64,000 nucleotides of DNA from an uncultured Mycoplasma sp. (GTDB lineage: Bacteria > Bacillota_I > Bacilli_A > RF39 > UBA660), in contig CAZTRE010000001.1 in NCBI GenBank assembly GCA_964616405.1, positions 320-64,319 of the forward strand, read 5' to 3'. The position numbers and the translations under genes are program-made. The notes under the pieces were generated by a model. That model did no database searches. It saw nothing but the letters and a program-made list of their open reading frames with translations, and was not told the origin of the DNA. Shown piece after piece: positions 59,229 through 64,000 of this stretch (position 1 is the stretch's first letter; every line of letters begins with the position of its first letter).

Positions 59229-60456
59229 AATAAATTGTATCTAGTACAAATCTCTCTGCAAATTTGGCTAATTCCTCAGCACTAATCTTTAACACTTCCT
59301 GATATCTAGCTTTGGCACATTTATCTATTTCCAGTACCTGTACCACCTCATCAGATAATAAAGCAAACTTCTCATCTAAACGCTTTATCAAACCAATTCG
59401 ACGACGTTCTTTAATGTTTTCTAAATATTCAGAAATGTTATCTGGATTTTTAATTTCATCCATAACTTCTTTTATCTTTTCAATAACAATATCTTTATTA
59501 TTTTTATTAATATAAGCCGCTATTTCAAATACACCATATCTTGAATATGCCACAACGTTTGATGAATAAACAAAATCATGTTCATCACGTAATTTTTTAT
59601 TAAGCATTCTAGATGATAGGGAAGTAAGTAAACTCTTAATCAAATTAACATATACAAAATCCTCTTCTCTAAAATCCTTGATTTTGTAATATAAGGAAAC
59701 AGCTGAATCCTTAAATCCTTTTTTCTCTTCAACAACTTGAACTTTATCTCGTACCTTTAAAAAATGATTATAATTTTTTTCTATAGTCTCTAAGACCTTA
59801 TCATATTTATATAAGTACTTATCTGCTAACTCATTAATTCTTTTTTCATCAACATTACCAAAGACAAAAACAGCGGGTTTATACCTCTTTATTAATTTTA
59901 AATAAAATTCATATAAATTATTTGGGGTAACTTCATCAATCTGTTCACGATGATTTTCAACTGTTCTTGATAAAATACCTTCATCATCTACCAGTTCTAA
60001 ACCTCTAACACTATGATAAACACGCAATTCTTTTAATCCATTTTCAATACTTAATTGTAGGTTTCTTTTTTCACGATCTAATTCAAAATGATTGAATTCT
60101 TGATTCTTTATTTTGGGGTTATAAATCATCTCGCTAAAAAACTCAAATTGTTCTTCAAGATTATCAAACCCTAAGGCCTCTACATCGGGAATAATCAAAT
60201 TAAAACATAATGACATTGTCGTACCCACACCTGATTTATTACAGCTAACATTTAATATATATTTTTTTCTGCGATTAGTTTGAAATTCTTCCTCTGTTGG
60301 ATATTTATTATTCATATACATTAACATATTAGGAAGAAGAGTTAGTTTAGCTAAATCACTTTCCTGTTCTTGATAAAAAAACATGACTCTAACTATCAAT
60401 GTTTGAAAATCTTTGTTTTTAATAATAACTGGTCTTTTAGGTATATTTAGCATCAT
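59203..60456 (-). CDS. M16 family peptidase-like protein lacking the HxxEH motif (non-catalytic partner)
   Basis: It has the same size and domain layout as the downstream gene and overlaps it by 26 nt. There is no HxxEH in the N-terminal domain. Confidence 0.6.
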   Translation of the reverse strand: MMLNIPKRPVIIKNKDFQTLIVRVMFFYQEQESDLAKLTLLPNMLMYMNNKYPTEEEFQTNRRKKYILNVSCNKSGVGTTMSLCFNLIIPDVEALGFDNLEEQFEFFSEMIYNPKIKNQEFNHFELDREKRNLQLSIENGLKELRVYHSVRGLELVDDEGILSRTVENHREQIDEVTPNNLYEFYLKLIKRYKPAVFVFGNVDEKRINELADKYLYKYDKVLETIEKNYNHFLKVRDKVQVVEEKKGFKDSAVSLYYKIKDFREEDFVYVNLIKSLLTSLSSRMLNKKLRDEHDFVYSSNVVAYSRYGVFEIAAYINKNNKDIVIEKIKEVMDEIKNPDNISEYLENIKERRRIGLIKRLDEKFALLSDEVVQVLEIDKCAKARYQEVLKISAEELAKFAERFVLDTIYFVEEGEHE

Positions 60457-60674
60457 CTTTTCACCTCTAACTCAATTATAACAAAATTTTCTTCGACAAA
60501 AAAGGATATATATTATCCTATATCTGTAAATAATTAAGTCATTGATCAAATATTTCCCCAAGTCCAATAACCATACTTTCTTTTATTAACTCTTACTATT
60601 ATAAACAATCAATGATTTAGGATTATCAAATGAAAAAATATGTAGTATAATGAGATGGAAAGAGTAGTGATTTA

Positions 60675-61190
60675 ATGAGTAACATCGAAATTATCATAAT
60701 AATATTAGTATTGGGAATATTTAGTTTATTATTTTTTAACCTAGGAATATATTTAAAATATGTTATTTCTAGATTTGATAAAGATGGAGTTCCTACAATC
60801 TTTGAAGTAACATCTGTAAAAAAAGAAGATAAGTTTGATCATTCTAATAATAAAATAGGAGAAGTTTACTTAACTACTTTTAAATTTACATATAATGATC
60901 AGTTTTTAGAAGAGACAATTACCACTAGACAAAACATTCCCGTTGGCGTCAGATTACGTGGAAAATATCTTCCAACAGCTACCATAAATAAAATAAGTGT
61001 TGCGGGGGAAGGTTTTTCCATACCAAAAGTTGTTCCAAGATTTTTAATCACTTTAGGTCTAATTCTTCTAATAATATTAATATCTATATTAGTACATATT
61101 CATTATTATATAGTGCTAGTTGTAATGTTAATCTTAGTTCTAGCATTTGTTATCATAAATAAACTTAGTGCTAAAAAGCAAGACAAGTAG
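60675..61190 (+). CDS. two-TM membrane protein (DUF3592-like)
   Basis: An N-terminal TM segment, a ~90-aa beta-rich segment and C-terminal TM segments. The family call is weak. Confidence 0.5.
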   Translation: MSNIEIIIIILVLGIFSLLFFNLGIYLKYVISRFDKDGVPTIFEVTSVKKEDKFDHSNNKIGEVYLTTFKFTYNDQFLEETITTRQNIPVGVRLRGKYLPTATINKISVAGEGFSIPKVVPRFLITLGLILLIILISILVHIHYYIVLVVMLILVLAFVIINKLSAKKQDK

Positions 61191-61200
61191 GTGGCACATA

Positions 61201-61716
61201 ATGAAAAAAGTATACATAGTATTAACATATACAGGAACTTTTCTTTCAAAATTAATTAAATTTTGGACTAAAAGAGAGTACTCACATGTTTCTATTGCCT
61301 TAGATGAAAATCTAGACCAGATGTATAGTTTTGGCAGACTTAATCCCTATATTCCAATGATTGGAGGATTTGTTCACGAAGGTATAGATAGAGGTACTTT
61401 TAAAAGATTTAAAAAGACTAAATGTAAAATTTATTGTTTAGATATAGAAGAAGAAAAATATAAAAGACTTAAATCTGTAATTAATTATATCCAAAAAAAT
61501 AGATGTTCTTATAAATTTAACATAATTGGCTTATTTTCTGTTGCCCTAAACGTTAAAGTAAGAAGAGAAAATTACTTTTATTGTGCCGAATTTGTTAAAT
61601 ATGTCCTAGAACAATCAAGTGTTATTAAATTACCTGAAATAATAAAACCATCTGATTATGAAGAAGTTAAAGATTTTAATGAAATTTATCGTGGGTTATT
61701 ACACGAGTACAAATAA
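61201..61716 (+). CDS. permuted papain-like (NlpC/P60 superfamily, YaeF/YiiX-like) putative hydrolase
   Basis: AGGTGG sits 7 nt before ATG 61201. His comes before Cys in the order EYSHVSIAL ... YFYCAEFV, as in permuted papain-fold enzymes. Assigned from motifs only. Confidence 0.5.
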   Translation: MKKVYIVLTYTGTFLSKLIKFWTKREYSHVSIALDENLDQMYSFGRLNPYIPMIGGFVHEGIDRGTFKRFKKTKCKIYCLDIEEEKYKRLKSVINYIQKNRCSYKFNIIGLFSVALNVKVRRENYFYCAEFVKYVLEQSSVIKLPEIIKPSDYEEVKDFNEIYRGLLHEYK

Positions 61717-61782
61717 TAATTATTTAATAAATTTCAGTTTATTTAGTGTATATGAATCATTCTATACTTTGGAGGCAAAATA

Positions 61783-62247
61783 ATGGATATTTATCAAGTA
61801 TTAGAGAAATTAAATATTTCTTACCAAGAACAAGTACATAAAGCCCTTTACACAGTAGAAGATGCCAAGAACGAAAATATAACACTTCCAGGTAAAGGAT
61901 GTAAAAACTTGTTTTTAAAAGATAAACATAAAAATTATTATTTAGTAGTTTTAGAAGAAGATAAAAGAGCAAATCTAAAAGAGCTAGAGAAAAAGTTAAA
62001 TACTAAAAATTTAAGTTTTGCTTCGGCAGGAGACCTGTATAATTATTTGAAACTAGAACCAGGAAGTGTCACTCCTCTTGGGATAATAAATGATACTTAT
62101 TCTAAAATTGTACTTATTCTTGATAAAGATCTTCAAGGAAATAGTTTATTATTCCATCCCAATGTTAATACAAAAACAATTTGTATAACTTATTTAGACT
62201 TAATAAAATTTATTAACTATACCAATCATAAATATATATTAATGTAA
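61783..62247 (+). CDS. YbaK/ProX-type aminoacyl-tRNA editing domain protein
   Basis: KNLFLKDKHKNYYLVVL...ANLKELEKKL...LSFAS...L..YLKLEPGSVTPLGIIND fits prolyl-tRNA synthetase-associated (trans-editing) domain proteins of ~155 aa. Confidence 0.7.
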   Translation: MDIYQVLEKLNISYQEQVHKALYTVEDAKNENITLPGKGCKNLFLKDKHKNYYLVVLEEDKRANLKELEKKLNTKNLSFASAGDLYNYLKLEPGSVTPLGIINDTYSKIVLILDKDLQGNSLLFHPNVNTKTICITYLDLIKFINYTNHKYILM

Positions 62248-62258
62248 GGACTGATTAT

Positions 62259-62558
62259 ATGGATTTAAAAGATCAATTTAAATATTTAGTAGGAGCATAC
62301 TACGGAGTAACATATATGGATGAATATCCTCTAAAAGTTTATGTTTTAAAGGATATTGAAAACTATATTAAAGACTTCATAGAAATTAATTCCATCGAAA
62401 ACTTTGATTATAGAAAAGAAGCTTTAAAATATAAAGAAGAGTTGTCTGAAATAACTAAACTACAAGATGCCCTTTTAGTACTAAATAAAATAAATGCTTC
62501 TATGGAATTAGTTCTTTTAATAAAAATACGCTTAAAGAAATTAACTCATCAAAAATAA
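62259..62558 (+). CDS. hypothetical small protein
   Basis: A 99-aa ORF starting 12 nt after the preceding gene. No family recognised. Confidence 0.45.
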   Translation: MDLKDQFKYLVGAYYGVTYMDEYPLKVYVLKDIENYIKDFIEINSIENFDYRKEALKYKEELSEITKLQDALLVLNKINASMELVLLIKIRLKKLTHQK

Positions 62559-62578
62559 TCTATTTATCAAGAAAGGAG

Positions 62579-63241
62579 ATGAGTGCTTTGAATAAGTATA
62601 TTTGTTCTGACAAGGTAAAGCAGTACTTACCTAGAATTGAATCTATAATAGATAAGAAAAAACAATCGATCTTAGATTTTTTCAAGGTTCATGATAGTGA
62701 AAAATTTAGTTATACAATATATGTATATGATACAATAGAGTCTTTAAAGGAAGGGCTAGAAGAACGTGGCTTTAGAAATATTCCAGACTATTGCTGTGCC
62801 TGTTTTAGAGATGAAGATCAGTCTTTAAACTTTTTCGAACCCAAAGATCCAGCTAAAGAAAATGAGTGGAGTAAAGATGAATATGATTTATGTATTTATC
62901 ATGAACTAATACATGCCATTCAATATACAATTTATGGTTTTCAACCAGAATGGTTAACTGAAGGAATAGCTAAATATCTTGATGGTACATATACAAAAGG
63001 TATTAAATGGTTACTTGAAAACTATATTATAAATAATTCTATCCCTCCAATGAGCGAATTAGAAGAAGAATTTGGTTTTCATGATTATGATAGTTATGAC
63101 TATGCTTATATTATGATAAGTTACTTAATTGAAACTATGGGAAAAGATGATTTCTTAATGTCTATTAAAGATTCTAAAAAGATAAGTCAAATGTCCGAAA
63201 ATCTTGTGGAAAAAGCAATAAACTATTATGAAAAATGCTAA
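62579..63241 (+). CDS. hypothetical protein with HExxH motif (putative metallopeptidase-like)
   Basis: It contains IYHELIHAIQY. AAAGGAG abuts ATG 62579 with no spacing, so TTG 62588 (9 nt after the SD) may be the real start. Confidence 0.5.
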   Translation: MSALNKYICSDKVKQYLPRIESIIDKKKQSILDFFKVHDSEKFSYTIYVYDTIESLKEGLEERGFRNIPDYCCACFRDEDQSLNFFEPKDPAKENEWSKDEYDLCIYHELIHAIQYTIYGFQPEWLTEGIAKYLDGTYTKGIKWLLENYIINNSIPPMSELEEEFGFHDYDSYDYAYIMISYLIETMGKDDFLMSIKDSKKISQMSENLVEKAINYYEKC

Positions 63242-63389
63242 GATGGAAGCAATCATTATAGACATAAAAAGAAAATATTTGTGTCTAAAGATGTGTTTTC
63301 ATTTTTTTTTTGGAAAATAATAGTCAATAAAAGGAATATATAGTATAATTTTATTTGTAAGATTAAATGTTATTGGAGGCTGGCCTAGT

Positions 63390-64000
63390 ATGGAAAAGAT
63401 AGTTGTAGATAGTATTGAAACTTTGGAAGATACTGTAAAACGCGTAAGAACTGCTCAAACTAAGTTTGCTAAATATACTCAACAACAAGTAGATAAAATT
63501 TTTAAGGCTGCAGCCATTGCTGCCAATAACGCAAGAATTCCCCTTGCCAGAATGGCCGTAGAAGAAACTGGTATGGGAATAGTAGAAGATAAGATTATTA
63601 AAAATCATTATGCTTCAGAATATATTTATAATAAATATCGTGATACTAAAACCTGTGGAGTTGTTGAAGAAGATGCCATTTATGGAATAAAAAAAGTATT
63701 AGAACCAATTGGTCTAATTGCTGCAGTTATTCCTACTACCAACCCAACTTCAACTGCTATTTTTAAAACACTACTAGCTTTAAAAACTAGAAATGGTATT
63801 ATAATAAGCCCCCATCCACGAGCAAAAGACTCAACGATTGAAGCTGCTAAAATAGTACTAGAAGCTGCTGTAAAAGCCGGAGCCCCAGAGGATATTATTT
63901 CCTGGATTGATGTTCCATCATTAGATTTAACAAATTATCTATTACATGAATCAGATACTATCCTCGCAACAGGAGGACCTGGAATGGTAAAATCTGCCTA
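63390..64000 (+). CDS. adhE: bifunctional aldehyde/alcohol dehydrogenase, N-terminal part (3' end outside window)
   Basis: GGAGG sits 10 nt before ATG 63390 and the frame is open to the window edge. The translation MEKIVVDSIETLEDTVKRVRTAQTKFAKYTQQQVDKIF...ARMAVEETGMGIVEDKIIKNHYASEYIYNKY...IPTTNPTSTAIFK...ISPHPRAK...ATGGPGMVKSA is the AdhE acetaldehyde-dehydrogenase domain. It is not in the ORF track because no stop is reached. Confidence 0.9.
   Translation, partial: MEKIVVDSIETLEDTVKRVRTAQTKFAKYTQQQVDKIFKAAAIAANNARIPLARMAVEETGMGIVEDKIIKNHYASEYIYNKYRDTKTCGVVEEDAIYGIKKVLEPIGLIAAVIPTTNPTSTAIFKTLLALKTRNGIIISPHPRAKDSTIEAAKIVLEAAVKAGAPEDIISWIDVPSLDLTNYLLHESDTILATGGPGMVKSA

Noticed and set aside
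63363-63608. 81-aa minus-strand ORF
   Set aside because: It is antisense to the clearly recognisable adhE N-terminal coding sequence that starts at 63390.

Overview
The window is a low-GC Firmicutes chromosomal segment. Gene content suggests a Clostridia- or Erysipelotrichales-like gut organism, but the taxon cannot be fixed from this window. I support 57 protein-coding features, mostly on the + strand and tightly packed.

Layout:
- 0-5.8 kb: surface-protein block. It holds the 3' end of a large modular surface protein, a truncated orphan ABC substrate-binding gene, a thioester-domain adhesin with a non-LPXTG sorting signal, a dedicated sortase and a coiled-coil membrane protein.
- 5.8-15.2 kb: housekeeping genes: pcrA, an NTP-transferase, ligA, a hypothetical gene, and gatCAB.
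- 15.2-24.4 kb: envelope and signalling genes: a sensor with a degenerate GGDEF domain, YihY, an LtaS-family enzyme, a DMT transporter and an LCP ligase.
- 24.6-28.4 kb: a 1255-aa GH73/SH3b/Ig-repeat wall hydrolase.
- 28.4-31.4 kb: a 450-nt leader carrying two tandem, mutually similar RNA elements, each with its own intrinsic terminator. It sits in front of an ABC exporter (ATPase plus two ABC-2 permeases) of unknown substrate. This is my best candidate for something undescribed.
- 31.5-33.5 kb: a membrane protein with six PASTA repeats and no kinase or PBP domain.
- 33.7-48.4 kb: a cell-wall glycopolymer cluster. It holds a Wzy-like/GT1 fusion, several GT2/GT1 genes, the CapEFG/FnlABC UDP-L-FucNAc pathway, an O-acyltransferase and a TagGH-like ABC exporter.
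- 48.6-54 kb: DagK-family lipid kinase, membrane proteins, FemAB-family transferase, a TSCPD protein and a GH25 muramidase.
- 54-63.2 kb: a patchwork of small genes in mixed orientation: XRE plus DUF4097-like, ASCH, an M16 peptidase pair, a permuted papain-like protein, a YbaK/ProX-like protein and an HExxH protein.
- 63.4 kb to the end: the 5' part of adhE.

I recognised no rRNA, tRNA, CRISPR array, transposase, integrase or phage genes. All family assignments come from motif recognition by eye; no database search was run.
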